From: Octopus sinensis
Lineage: Eukaryota
Direction: 5' to 3'
Assembly: GCF_006345805.1 (NCBI RefSeq)
Contig: NC_042999.1
Span: forward strand, 14,942,001-15,006,000
DNA length: 64,000 bases
Both the position numbers and the translations under genes were made by a program. How positions within the stretch are numbered: the stretch's first letter is position 1; each line of letters begins with the position of its first letter. The notes below the pieces were generated by a model that worked only from the letters and a program-made list of their open reading frames with translations, searched no databases and had not been told where the DNA came from. Shown piece by piece: positions 50,695-64,000 of the stretch.

Positions 50695-51160
50695 AGTAGT
50701 TTTCAACCGGAGTCCATATAAGGAGTTTTTTGGAGGGGGGGGGCGCAATCATCCATGAAAAACTCCTGTTTTAGCTATATTTATTGTAAGACAGAGCTAG
50801 ATTTATTTCTCGAATGTTTTATATAGTTCAACTTACAAAGTTAATGTGCGAAAAGTAAAATACGAATTTTGAAACAAGTATCTCGTTAGCCACTACACAC
50901 ATTTTTATCTCTCCTTGTTTTTTCTGTGGTCCCTTTCTGTAGAAGAGCGTAGGCTCGAAACGTAAAAGACTTTTTCTATTCCTGAGCGTTATACTAATAC
51001 ATCTGTTTGTTTTGTACACTACCTGTCTTCGTCTTTTGTTTTGTTCGTAAACTCTCCCTATCTATAAAAATAGCTTTTAAAAATCGAATGGCTATGGAGT
51101 ATCACCAGAATTAAATAGTAATCAAAGAGGTCCATGAGTAAAAACTGGTTGAAAAAACTA
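50695..51160. mobile_element. hAT-like MITE
   Basis: CAGTAGTTTTCAACC ... GGTTGAAAAAACT termini. Confidence 0.6.
50884..51060 (+). mobile_element. Solo PLE pLTR fragment with hammerhead motif (50932-50969), inserted in a MITE
   Basis: CTTT-CTGTAGA-AGAGCGTAGGCTC-GAAAC-GTA-AAAG, with the same 3' terminus (CTCTCCCTA) as other copies. Confidence 0.85.
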
Positions 51161-51501
51161 GGCGCAGGAGGGGTTGTGTGATAAGTAGCCTGCTTACCAA
51201 CCACATGGTGCCAGGTTCAGTCCCACTGCGTGGCACCTTGGGCAAGTGTCTTCTACTATAGCCTTGGGCCGACCAAAGCCCTGTGAGTGGATTTGGTAGA
51301 CGGAAACTGAAAGAAGCTCGTCGTATATATGTATATGTATATATATATGTGTGTGTGTTTGTGTGTAAACACACCGATGCTGGTGTGTTTACGTCCCCGT
51401 AACTTAGCGGTTTGGCAAGTCCTGGGGTCGATTTGCTCGACTAAAGGCGGTGCTCTAGCATGGCCGCAGTCAAATGACTGAAACAAGTAGAGAGTAAAGA
51501 G
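51161..51501 (+). mobile_element. SINE family A with internal deletions
   Basis: Homology to family A. Confidence 0.88.
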
Positions 51502-52011
51502 ATTTAGATTAAAATGAGTTGACAGAAAGAGCTAAGAAATGGTACGAGAAAATCTTCTGAACTAAGACTTTCTTTTTATTATTTTCCGTTCAAATAAACG
51601 ACATTATGTAACAGTTATTAACCCAATACAATTGATCTGTTTGAGTTAGAAAGTAGGTTACTCGTGTTTAAACTTGGACCAGCCAGTGCATTATAAGAAA
51701 ACCTAGGTTATTTGTTTGTAGTTGCCACTGGGACGGTACTTATAATTAATATTTCTATATATTGTGAATATATACCTAATATTTATTATTTAAAGCTTAA
51801 AGGACTGGCAGTCTACTGTTTGTAAACTGTTTGTTACGGGACTCAATTATGAATTCTAAAAGGGGCGAGGACCATTTATATCCGATTAAAACTAATTAAT
51901 ATTTGCTCCGGTTGTTGCTATTGTTGTTATAAGCGAATGATGAACGTCAGTTATTCAGACAATAAAATGGGTTTCAATAAGATTTCTAATGATTGTTCGA
52001 TTTGTTTTTAA

Positions 52012-53130
52012 GATATATTTTCCCAGAGTAAGGCAGTGAGCTGGCAGAATCGTTGGCACGCCGGCAAAATGCTTGGCGGTATTTCGTCTATCTTTACGTT
52101 CTTGAGTTCAAATTCCGCTGACGCCGACTTTGCCTTTCATCCTTTCGAGGTTGATGAAGTAAGTTAAGTTAAGTTAATTTTTTGGCTCAAAAAGCAAATA
52201 TCAAGGCCATGTAGTTATGTACAGGGAGGGTATTCATGCAAAGAGTTCAGGCCATTTCTGGTCAAGAGAGACTTTGAACCGAGCGGTCGTCGGCATCTTC
52301 ACTATCTCGTCCGGCAGCTTATTCCACGGGTCCGCAACCCGGACGGAGAAAGCTCCTCTCCTTCGATGGAGATGAAATCGTCGCAGATAGAGCTTTTCGG
52401 AGTGACCCCGCAGCCGACGCTCTGGAGCAGGAGTGAAGAACAGCTCTTTCGAGAGGTTACACTTTCCGCTTATGATGTTGTGAGCAAGAATGAGATCACC
52501 ACGGCGTCGTCGTTTTTCTAGAGAATAAAGGTCGAGCGTCTTCAGCCTTTCTTCATAAGACAAATTCTTGAGACCAAGAACCATGCGGGTAGCCAGCTTC
52601 TGGACTCTTTCGAGATGATGTATGTCTTTGAGGAGATAAGGAGAAGAGGCTTGAATCCCGTACTCCAATATGGGTCTCACCAGCGTGACATAGAGCGGTA
52701 GGAATATGGCTGCTGTGAGCATTCCGAATGACCGTCGAATCAAAAACAGAACTCCGCGTGCTTTGTTGGTAGCATGGACGCACTGGGCCGAAGGCGAAAA
52801 GGAAGAATCCACCAAGATACTAACAGTTGAACACTGGGATCGATACAATCGACTAATCCCCTCCCCTAAAATTTCAGACTTTGTGCCTATCTCAGAAAGG
52901 ATTATTAAGGAACCGAACTCACGGAAGTATTACCACGTCGGACAAAATACTTGCTTAGTGGCATTTCGTCCGTTTTTACATTCTGGGGTCAACTTTGCTT
53001 TTCATCCTCCCAGGATTGATAAATCAATCCCAGTTACACCAATCCCAGTACCAGTTGAGTCCTGGCATTGATGTAATCGACTTACTCCCTCACCCGAAAT
53101 TGCTGGCCTTGTGCCAAAATTTGAAACTAA
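52012..53130 (+). mobile_element. SINE family B copies, the first interrupted by the CR1 fragment
   Basis: Head 52012-52160 resumes at ~52820; second copy at 52915-53130. Confidence 0.75.
52158..52818 (-). mobile_element. CR1-clade LINE 3' fragment with (AACTT)n tail, inserted in a SINE
   Basis: LYVTLVRPILEY, LERVQKLATRM, YEERLKTLDLYSLEKRRRRGDLI, LRGH, WNKLP. Confidence 0.92.
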
Positions 53131-53302
53131 TGTATTTTTCTACGGTGAAGAAGCACGCTTTACAACCATGTGTTTTCTGGTTTAGTGGAACTACGCGGCA
53201 CCATGGGCAAATTTCTTCTTCTGCTGTAGCCCCGGGTCAACAAATGCTTTGCCAGTGTATTTTGTTGACGGAAACTGTGGAAACCTGTCGTATATGTATT
53301 TA

Positions 53303-53345
<43 letters not shown>

Positions 53346-54183
53346 TTGTCTCACCTGCACTTGACAATTAGGGTTGATTTATTCGACTTAAATTCTTCAA
53401 AACAATGCTCCAGCTTGGCTAGAGTCCAGTGATTGAAACATGCAAGATACAAGAGATACAGTGTATCTAGAAGTACAAACTGGAATGTGTCCTTCCTAGT
53501 TTTAAGACAGTAAGGTTTGGTTTTAAAATAGATTCAGTTTCTATATCTAACAGGTCAAGCAGTTTTGGTGTAGAGGCATCCCTGTTACTCCGTGTTTCTA
53601 ATTTGTTCGAGAACGGCGGTTCAAGAACCTCGCAGCTGAGAATGTCAATGTCCTCAACACTCCTGCTATTTTATTTCTTTGCAATAAAATAAGACGAGCC
53701 TTTAAATCAACAGTATCGTTGTTTTACAAGTTCACAGCGAACCAGACACTGGCTCACCTTGTAATCAAAACGGCGTGTGTGAGAAGAGTGTGTGGAACAC
53801 GAACCCACGAACTTTGTTCGTAAAGCGCCGTCCAACGGTTTTCTCAGCGAATACTTTTCCGCCATGTAATCGGCGATGGGTAAATACGCGCGCACATACA
53901 CTCCCAGCCCTACATCCTCCACCCCCATACGACCGCACACGCGCGTGTGTGGACGTGACGCGATTTTACACAAATCTTCCGTCTCCAAATTCACCCTCGA
54001 GGCATTCGAAGCCCTGAAGCTACAGTCCAAGATATTTGCCTAGAGTCCCTTGCAGCAGTGGGACTGAACTCCAAACCACAGGATCCCAAAACAAACGTCT
54101 TAAACACACAACCATATCATGCATATGGTTACTTGTGAATTCAAATGGTCTACATTATACTTTTTCTTTCTGGTATCAATCAA

Positions 54184-55547
54184 AGCAATAGTTCTCAACC
54201 AATGTCCCGGAGGTCTCACCAAAGAAAATAGATGACATATCTACGTACTTTGATCTTAACATAGGGCCCCTCAACCGCGGAGCACCTCCACTTCCCGCGA
54301 CCGCAGGAACTGCATGGGCTTAGCGATGGCCCTGGCCCTACAGTATTTATTTACTGACAGTAAGCCACAACATAAATAGCACAGAGCTGGGCCCCTGGGG
54401 TAGTCTATATAAGATTTTGGGGGTCCACAATAAATTGGGGTTTCCCGCAAGCATAACAGTAAACAGAGGATTCACGGAAGTATTTAAAGGATCCATAAAA
54501 AAATTTTACTTTCGATGTATTTATTGTAAGAAACAACGAGGTTTCTTTCCTGGGTGTTTTACGCAGTTCAGCATGTTTTGGGCCACTAAAACATTTTTTC
54601 TTATCAGTGGACACGCGGGGCAGTTGTCCAGGAACCTTACAGGCTAAAGGGCCCAAGTCTGTACTATTTATGTTATGGCTTACTGTCAGTAAATAAATAC
54701 TGTAGGGCCAGGGCCATCGCTAAGCTCCTGCAGTTTTTGCGGTCGCGGGGGGGGGGGGGCTCCATGATTGAGGGACCCCATGTTAAGATCAAAGTACGGA
54801 GATGAGTCATCCATTTACTTTGGTTAAGATGTTGAACAAGAATTAAACTATGTTGACTGATAATTTCAAGAAATAAAATGGTAATAATACATTGTACCTG
54901 CAAAAGTTCTTGTAAAAATATTACGTCGAACCACGAACGTGTACCAGGCTTTGTGGATTGTCTGTGATATCTATTGAATACGAACTTAGCTCTCGGCCTG
55001 ATTATTCTGAACGGATCGATGATTTCGCGTAGCGAAAAGTGCGCCGTGTTTGTCTTTGAAAGTTGACTGGATTATAAAAGTGCTCTTTTATTCATAGCTG
55101 GAAGTTTGAAATTTGTAATAGGTCTAAATAAATTTAATTTGTTGTACTTTTAAAGACGTTCTTTAGGATAACGTGAAATATTGAACTTCAGATAGAATAA
55201 AGTAAAATATAGCTATGAATAAAAGGTACGTGGATTATGAATTTTGATTGAAGGGATGGGACCTCGAAACAAAAAGTTGCAGGGGGCATCTAAAAGTCAC
55301 GCGACGGAGCTGTGTAGGGCCCAGTGCATTGGTTTGCCCGGGGATCTATAATGCTACTAAGACAGCCTGTCTCTCAGTGAGGTTATTACAGACCAACACA
55401 AATAAACATGTAAAATACAAAACAGGGATTTTGAAAGAAGAGTCTATAAAACTAGTTTTTAAATATTAAATGGCTGGGTGGGGGTCCCCCAAAATAAAAT
55501 AATAACCAAAAGGGCCCATAGGTAAAAAAAAGATTGTTGAAAACTAC
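54184..55547. mobile_element. hAT-like MITE complex containing a 165-bp inverted repeat (54231-54394 / 54649-54812)
   Basis: ATAGTTCTCAAC / GTTGAAAACTAC termini; internal arms are clearly reverse complementary. Confidence 0.55.
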
Positions 55548-56639
55548 TATGCTAAATTATACCAGTCATACACTGAGCCCTCTTTAAATCCATGGTATGA
55601 ACTTTCTCACATAATTTATTCTCTTGTGCCAAGCTGAGAAATCGCTATTCTCCGTTCCTTAAGGCAGCGCGCTCACAGAATCGTTAGCATATCGGACAAA
55701 ATACTCAACAACATTTCTTCCGGCTCTTAACGTTCTGATACCAATATTCCGCCGAGCTCCACTTTGTCTTTCAGCCTTTCGGAGTCGATAAAATAAAGTA
55801 GCAGTAGACTAGTGGGGTCTATGCAAAATTGCATTTCCTCGTAAATAACTTAAAGGATTGGCAGAAGCAAGACCAATAGAATGGAGTACAAGACACAAAA
55901 ACAAAAACATAAATATTATGGTCGATTTGTTCGTGTAAAATACATCAAAGCAGTGCCCCAGCATGGCCACAGTCCAGTGACTGAAACATGTAAAAGATAA
56001 AAAATAAAATAGATAAAGTGTATGTAGAACTACATGATGGAATATATTCTTTCTAGCTTTAAGACAATAAGGTTTGCTTCAGCATGGATTTAGATTTAGT
56101 TTCTATTTCTAGCAGGTCAAGCGATCTTGGCGTAGAAACACCCATGTTACGCCGTGTTTCAAAACTGTTGGACAACAGCGGTAAGTCCTCGAAGCTGAGA
56201 ATGTCAATGTCCTTAATATTCCTGATATTTCATTTTTTTTAAAATAAAATATGACGTGCCTTTATTGTTGTTTTACAAGTTCACAGCAAACCAGCCACTG
56301 GCTCACCTTGTAATCAAAACGGCGTGAGAAGAGTGCATGGAACACGGATCAACGAACTTTGTTCGTAAAGCACCGTCCACCGGTTTTCTCAGCGAATACT
56401 CTTTTAATCGGCGAAGGATAAACACACACACACACACACACACACATACACACACACACACACACACGTGGCACGGTTTTAATCTACCAAATCTTCCATC
56501 TACCAAATTCACTTACAAGGCATTGGTCGCCCCGAGGCTAGATTAGATGTTTGCTTAAGGTCCCTTAAAGCAGTTTGACTGAACTCCAAACCACAAGATT
56601 CCAAAGCAAATGTCTTAAATACGCACCCATATAAAAAAT

Positions 56640-56886
56640 ATATGTATATATATATATGTATGTGTGTGTGTGTGTTTGTGTGTGTCTGTTTGTCCCCCTA
56701 ACATTGCTTGACAACCGATGCTGGTGTGTTTACGTCCCCGTCACTTAGCGGTTCGGCAAAAGAGACCGATAGAATAAGTACTGGGCTTACAAAAGAATAA
56801 GTCCTGGGGTTGAGTTGCTCGACTAAAGGCGGTGCTCCAGCATGGCCGCAGTCAAATGACTGAAACAAGTAAAAGAGTAAAAGAGT
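56640..56886 (+). mobile_element. SINE family A 3' half
   Basis: Homology to family A. Confidence 0.85.
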
Positions 56887-57464
56887 ATATAAGTATCATG
56901 GTGAATTTGTTCGACTAAAAATCCTCCGAGTTGCTGCATTCAGTGACTGAAACAAATAAGAGAATCACTGGTCAGGCGATCTTGGCGAAGAGACACTCAT
57001 GTTACTCAGTGTTTCAATTCTGCCCGACATTGGTGTTGCGGTGGTAAGTTCTCGATGCTGAAAATGTCATTGTCCTCGGCATTCTTGATATTTTATTTCT
57101 ATGAAATAAAATTAATTTCACGAGTCAACGAACGAGTATATTGACACGAGTTTACTTAAAAAGGATTTGGCAAATTAAATACAAAACAAAATATATGAGG
57201 AACAGTCTCCTTGTATTACAAGGTCACAGCCAGCCTTACATCAAAGTAATAAATGTGACAAAGGTGTGCCTGGCATACGAGTCAGTGAACTCAATTACTA
57301 TAGCAATTTCTTCATAATAGTTATTTACTTACTGATATTTTTTTTGGTTTTTTTTTTAATGATATTCATACCATTCGCAGGTATAAAATAATGTCCATCC
57401 CTCGCCAGTTAAGCTAACGAAGAATAAAAGCGCCCACAAGAACATATTTTGTGTGTGTGTACGT

Positions 57465-57870
57465 GCTGGGTGTCCCAAAAATGTATACATATTTTAATAG
57501 CAAATAACTCGATTTTCTTTTCATTTTTTAGATTTAAGCCGTTAGAAATTAAAGAGAGCCAGACGAAGCTTTGAGCAAAAGAAGTTTATCTTTAAGTGCA
57601 ACTGGAAATTTGAAAACACAGTCAAAATTCGCAAAGGCAGTTTAGAAGTGGGTTTCAAACGGATCCACCTACGCGACGTACCATCACTCGAATTAGAGAT
57701 AAGTCTGAAGCAGATGGAACAAATTAGAGTTTCGAAGGCATTCCGGAAGACCATTAACGTCGACGAGTCCCACAAAGCAAGAAATATTGCTAGAAACGTA
57801 TTGAAGAGACTCTATGCGACAAACGAGTTATGAGATAACAATTTAAAAATTAAGTGTCCAGCGCACTTTG
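57465..57870 (+). pseudogene. Tc1/mariner-like remnant
   Basis: GGGTGTCCCAAAA TIR-like start; SFEQKKFIFKCNWKFEN HTH-like N-terminus. Confidence 0.4.
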
Positions 57871-57872
57871 GC

Positions 57873-58341
57873 CAGGGCCGGCCCGAGGTTTGCAATCGCC
57901 CCAGGAAAGCTGAACTTCGGAGCCCTTACAAGAATAATCTTTTAGAACTTTCACAAAGAGAAAAACTGAAAATGTACCAACCACATAATGCCGGGTTCAG
58001 TCCCTGTGCGTGGCACCTTGGGCAAGTGTCTTCTACTATAGCCTCGAGCCGACCAAAGCCTTGTGAGTGGATTTGGTAGACGGAAACTGAAAGAAGACCT
58101 TCGTGTATATATATGTGTCCATATATTTGTCCCCCCACTATCGCTTGACAACCGATGCTGGTGTTTACGTCCCCGATGTACTAGGCTTACAAAGAATGAG
58201 TCCTGGGGTTAATTCGTTCGACGAAAGGCGGTGCTTCAGCATGGCCGCAATCAAATGATTGAAACAAATAAAATAAAAGAATAAAAACCACATGGTGCCC
58301 CAGGCGACTGCCCGAGTTGCCGGTACCTTGAGCCGACCCTG
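57873..58341. mobile_element. hAT-like MITE with inserted SINE
   Basis: CAGGGCCGGC / GCCGACCCTG termini; imperfect 8-bp TSD ACTTTGGC / ACTTTGAT. Confidence 0.65.
57975..58285 (+). mobile_element. SINE family A
   Basis: Homology to family A. Confidence 0.85.
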
Positions 58342-58349
58342 ACTTTGAT

Positions 58350-58733
58350 GTATAAATTCAGGTTTAAACCTATAATTACTGAAACCCTGGGATATGTAAC
58401 ACACTACCTAAATACCGATATTGAGAAATTAGGCTTCTCAAAACACGAAAGGAGAAAGCTAATTCGAAGGCTACAGATCTAAGCCATCACTGGAACTGTA
58501 AAAATCTGTAAAACTATCCAGAAGTTTAAATTTAAATATAAATAAGCATGTCTAGATATGCAACTATATGCATGACAATATACATAAAACATACAGATCT
58601 GTATATATACATACATACAAACAAAATTACACTGTTGTTGATGCTGAAATTCCGATGAAGAAGCCTTGGATCTAGGTTAGAAACCGGCTCTTTCTCTATT
58701 GGCAAGAAATCTTGAAATAAAACTGAATAATGG
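58350..58733 (+). mobile_element. R4/Dong-like element 3' end
   Basis: LGYVTHYLNTDIEKLGF..TGTVKICK. 3'UTR homologous to 28392-28490 and followed by (TACA)n. Confidence 0.7.
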
Positions 58734-58734
58734 C

Positions 58735-59234
58735 ATCCATACATACATACATAATACATACATACACACATACATACATACATACATACACACATGCATG
58801 CATACATACATACACACATGCATGCATACATACATACATACATACATACACACATGCATACATACATACATACATACATACATACATACATACATACACA
58901 CATACATACATACACACATGCATGCATACATACATACATATATACACGCATACACACACGCATGCATACATACATACATACATTCATACATACATACATA
59001 CATACATACATACACACACATACACACATACAAACATACATACATACATACAAACATACATACATACATAAATGCATGCATACACATACATACATACATA
59101 CATACATACATACATAATACATACATACATACATACATAATACATACATACATAAATACATACATACATACACACACGCATGCATACATACATACATACA
59201 TACATACATACATACATACATACATACATACATA
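58735..59234. repeat. (TACA)n microsatellite
   Basis: Seen directly. Confidence 0.97.
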
Positions 59235-59239
59235 AATGA

Positions 59240-59580
59240 GTATATTGAGACGGGTGTATCAACAGAATATTGATTAAAGTTAAAAACTGAAATAGTCACC
59301 AACAAGTTAAGAACACAACTGACCAGATATTGTCGTGTGGGACCACAAGAAAAAAATGTGCTCTTTTAGGGAAATCAGCTGCCCCCTGGACACAAATATC
59401 ATCAGAAAAACACAGGAGAAAGAAAACGCTGAGAAGAAACTTGCAAATCCAATTTCCAAGACACACTTTTAGTTTCATACTTATTATTATTAGAGAAACA
59501 GGATATGTACCGACCCTTCTGGAGCAAAGTATGGTTGAACTTGGATTCTTGGGGGAGAGAACGCTACTCTTGTAGCAATT
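59240..59580 (+). pseudogene. R4/Dong-like RLE domain fragment
   Basis: HN*PDIVVWD..EISCPLDTNI. Confidence 0.7.
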
Positions 59581-59696
59581 TACGACAAATTATCACAATA
59601 TTTAGACAATAAAATCTGCAAAAGATTTAAATGATGATGAATAAAGCAAGACACTTTCCTTCACAGCTTTACTACGAAGCAGGAGGCTGGTTAAAA

Positions 59697-60078
59697 TCTC
59701 TTCTCTCTATATATAAACGGCAGTTTGTCTGTCTGCGTGTCTGTTAGGTTGTACCCTCACCCTGACCACGGCTTTCAACTGATTCTGATGAAACTTGATA
59801 CACACATAGCCCAATGTCATAATTCAAAACTAACGCAGCGAAAATTTTGAAAAGTTCCCCCAGTTCTGAAAAAAATCGATAAATTCGACATGGGGTCGAG
59901 AATCAGAAACACAAACCACAGACTGTCTAGGGGACGCAACTCGACCTTTTAACTCTCAAAAAAAAAACTTACCATCATTTTTTTTCCATTTTTTTGCTAT
60001 TTTTTGGCTATAATTCTCTAAAAATGCTTTATAGTTATTTCCCTTACAAACCCGAGCAACGCCGGGCGATACTGCTAG
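59697..60078 (+). mobile_element. Non-autonomous Helitron
   Basis: A|TC ... CCCGAGCAACGCCGGGCGATACTGCTAG|T. Confidence 0.88.
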
Positions 60079-60465
60079 TTTACTCTAAATTAAAAAGAGA
60101 GAAAGAACTCATACATGCGTCGTGCTTTCTCGCAGATTCTGCTGACTAAATAACACTCACAAAACATTGGGCAAGCAAAGGTTAGGCAAGGGGATTGAAT
60201 CCGGATTAACGAGATTCAGAAACCAAACCCTGTTAAATGTCTTGTTTTGAGCTTTCACGAGCTTTACATCCCCGCCATCTCTTCTTCCCACCTGATTCCT
60301 CTTTTATCCTTTCTTTGTTTCTCTCTTTCTTTCTTTTTTTCTTTTTTTTTTTCTTTGACCGTATAAGCTTGAACATTTCATGTCTCCGCAGTACGCTTAC
60401 GTGAATGTTTGTTTATTTGATAAGAGGTGAGTAGTTGTTTCATCTCAGAAATGTCACAACACCAT

Positions 60466-61226
<761 letters not shown>

Positions 61227-61349
61227 TCTTTATTTGTTTATAATAAATAGGAGTTATTTTCAGTCCACACTAAAATTACCTGTTTGTCCTGCAAGTCTCA
61301 CCTCTCCTTTCTCGCCCTATCTCAGTTTCTCTCTTTCTCTCCCCACCTC

Positions 61350-61414
<65 letters not shown>

Positions 61415-61824
61415 CAATTTAAAGATAGGATAGTGGCTGGAGCCAGTGGCGGATGGGATTGTAGTCATGGCTATCGTCTTTTGTACTATTTATTGTAAGC
61501 GTAGTAGGGAGTAGCTCTAGATCGTCGCGGAGCTGCTACTGCTACTACTATTACTACTAGTAGAGGTAGTAGTAGTATAGTTGTTATTGTTGTTGTCGTT
61601 GTAGGTATGTCGGACAGTGTTATCGAAGCGCATCATCGCCAGTGAGAAGAACGAAAAGATCGAAGGTGAGTATACAGAACCGTTCAAACTCTCGCACTAA
61701 ATGTTTCATGAAGTTTTGGGACATTCGTCCTCTTGACATTCAGGGTTCAAATGCCACCGGAGTCGGTCGTCTTTGCCTTTCATTTCTTTCTAGGTCAATT
61801 AACATATGTAGCAATAATAATTAT

Positions 61825-63152
61825 TTGTACTCTAGGCACAAAGCCTTGAAAATTTTTGAGGAAGGGGGCTGATCGATTACATCGACTCCAGTGTGTAACT
61901 GGTACTTACTTCATCGACCCCTGAAAGGATGAAGGGCAAAGTCAACCTCAGCGGAATTTGAACTTAGAACGTAGCGGCAGACGAAACACCACTAAGCATT
62001 TCGCCCGGCGTGCTAACGACTCTGCCAGCTCACCGCCCTATATGTAGCAATAATCCTTTCTACTGGAGGCACAAGGGTTCAAATTTTGGGGAAGGGGACT
62101 TGTCGATTACATCGACCCCAGTGCGTAACTGGTACTTAATTTATCGACCCCAAAAGGATGAAACGCAAAGTCGACCACAGTGGAAGTTGAACTCAGAACG
62201 TAGCGGCAGATGAATTACCTATTTCTTTACTACCCACAAGGGGCTAAACACAGAGGAGACAAACAAGGACAGACAAACGGATTAAGTCGATTATATCGAA
62301 CCCAGTGTGTGACTGGTACTTAATTTATCGACCCCGATAAGGCCCGAAATTTTTGAGGAGTGGGGCAGTTGATTAGATCGACCTTAGTACGCAACTGGTA
62401 CTTAATTTATCGACTCCGCAAGGATGGAATGCAAAGTCGACCTCGGTGGTACTTAGCATTTCGCCCGGTGTGCTAACGTTTCTTATTTCTTATTTCATAG
62501 GTCTTTATTGCCCACAAGGGGCTAAACATAGAGGAGACAAACAAGGACAGACAAACGGATTAAGTCGATTACATCAACCACAGTGCGTAACTGGTACTTA
62601 ATTTATCGACAAACGGATTAAGTCGATTACATCGACCACAGTGCGTAACTGGTACTTAATTTATCGACCCCGAAAGGATGAAAGGCAAAGTCGACCTCAG
62701 CGGAATTTGAACTCAGAATATAACGGCAGACGAAATATCTATTTCTTTACTACCTACAAGGGGCTAAACACAGAGTGGACGAACAAGGACAAACGGATTA
62801 AGTCGATTATATCGACTCCAGTGCATAACTGGTACTTATTTAATCAACCCCGAAAGGATGAAAGGCAAAGTCGACCTCGGTGGAATTTGAACTCAGAACG
62901 TAGCGGCAGACGAAATACCTATTTCTTTATTACCCACAAGGGGCTAAACATAGAGGGGACAAACAAGGACAGACATAAGTATTAAGTCGATTACATCGAC
63001 CCCAGTGCGTAACTGGTACTTGATTTATCGATCTCGAAAGGATGAAAGGCAAAGTCGACCTCGGCGGAATTTGAACTCAGAACGCAGCGGCAGACAAAAT
63101 GCCGCTAAAGCATTTCGCCCGGTGTGCTAACCATTCTGCCAGCTCGCCGCCT
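61825..63152 (-). repeat. SINE family B tandem array (about 7-8 full or partial units)
   Basis: Repeated units with mixed tails. Confidence 0.9.
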
Positions 63153-63470
63153 TTGTGTGATGGTCAATATCAACTGGTTAATGAGTGTGACGGTGAGGGC
63201 GATGAGTCAAGAAAATCGATGGAGTCAGACGAAATGCTTAACTCTAGAAAATGTTTCAGTCGTTGGACTGTGGCTATGCTGGAGCAACATCTTGATGCAA
63301 GTGGTTTAGTCGTTCATATCGATCCCAATACTTATATTTTTAAACTTTGGTGTTTATTTTATCGATCTGTTTGCCGAGCATTTTAAAATACGGGACACAA
63401 ACAAAGCACCGGTTTTTCTAGCCGTGTTACCCAAAGACAGGCATGGACACACACATATTTGAGCATTTGC

Positions 63471-63515
<45 letters not shown>

Positions 63516-64000
63516 CACATGTATTTATAACACCACCACCACCACCATCATTACTATTACTACTACTACTGATAGTAACGCTGCTGCTACTCTATCGTCG
63601 ATTAAAATTACAAGTACTTGTACCTCAACGGCAATCACCACCACCGCCATCTTCACCACCACCACCACCACCACCGCTGCCGCCGCCGTCGCCACTACCA
63701 CCAACATTACCACTACTTCAAGAGATAAGCAAGTGAAAAATATGTATAATTAAAAATACTATCGTTTTATGGACATTAAGCAACAACAATATGACAGAGG
63801 GAAAATACATGAAGCGAGAACTTTCAGAACTTAACACTATTCAGTAGGGGGCCTTATGCATGTGAGACTTCATTGCATTTAGAGTAATGTACTATTACTA
63901 AGTAATCTAGTCATCATTACTTCGGCAAATAAAATGAAAATCTATGCTCCGCTGAAAAGGTCCAATATTGTAGTAACATGTTCTAAGTTGCCTCCCCTGC

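Larger units (their letters stand above)
53400..57310. repeat. Old tandem triplication (53400-54117, 55950-56632, partial 56941-57310)
   Basis: Collinear homology, e.g. GCTGAGAATGTCAATGTCCT and GGCTCACCTTGTAATCAAAACGGCGTG. Confidence 0.85.

Noticed and set aside
58645-58695. CCGATGA..GAAAC hammerhead-like string in the R4/Dong 3'UTR
   Set aside because: The core is not conserved in the other two copies and no helix I partner is present.
61825-63152. CRISPR-like appearance of repeated units
   Set aside because: Units are ~200-bp SINE pieces without unique spacers, in eukaryotic context.
63511-63753. Thr-rich mucin-like ORF
   Set aside because: ACC/ACT trinucleotide repeats with no splice or homology support.

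Overview
Repeat-saturated, AT-rich metazoan DNA, intronic or intergenic. The SINE, LINE and microsatellite repertoire suggests an octopus (inference). No host protein-coding gene can be firmly supported. The main feature is a young, near full-length Penelope-like retroelement (PLE) at 6869-11773, with an RT + GIY-YIG ORF broken by frameshifts and two ~500-bp direct pseudo-LTRs that differ at about 2 positions. Each pLTR carries a minimal hammerhead ribozyme (HHR) with a non-canonical CUGUNGA core. Four solo copies of this HHR module lie elsewhere, mostly against (TA)n tracts. Unrelated HHR motifs also occur (17403-17460, 34435-34485 and 34754-34804, ~45365-45586), several in inverted-repeat pairs. 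The rest is nested debris: three tRNA-derived SINE families (one forming tandem concatemers), RTE, CR1/L2, R4/Dong-like and CRE-like LINE fragments, Tc1 DD34E, DD37D mariner-like, Chapaev, hAT and pogo-like DNA transposons, non-autonomous Helitrons, MITEs, a candidate solo LTR and long microsatellites. Several local duplications are visible, including a templated insertion, an inverted duplication and a triplicated unit with conserved splice donors. Boundaries of degenerate repeats are approximate and were read by eye.
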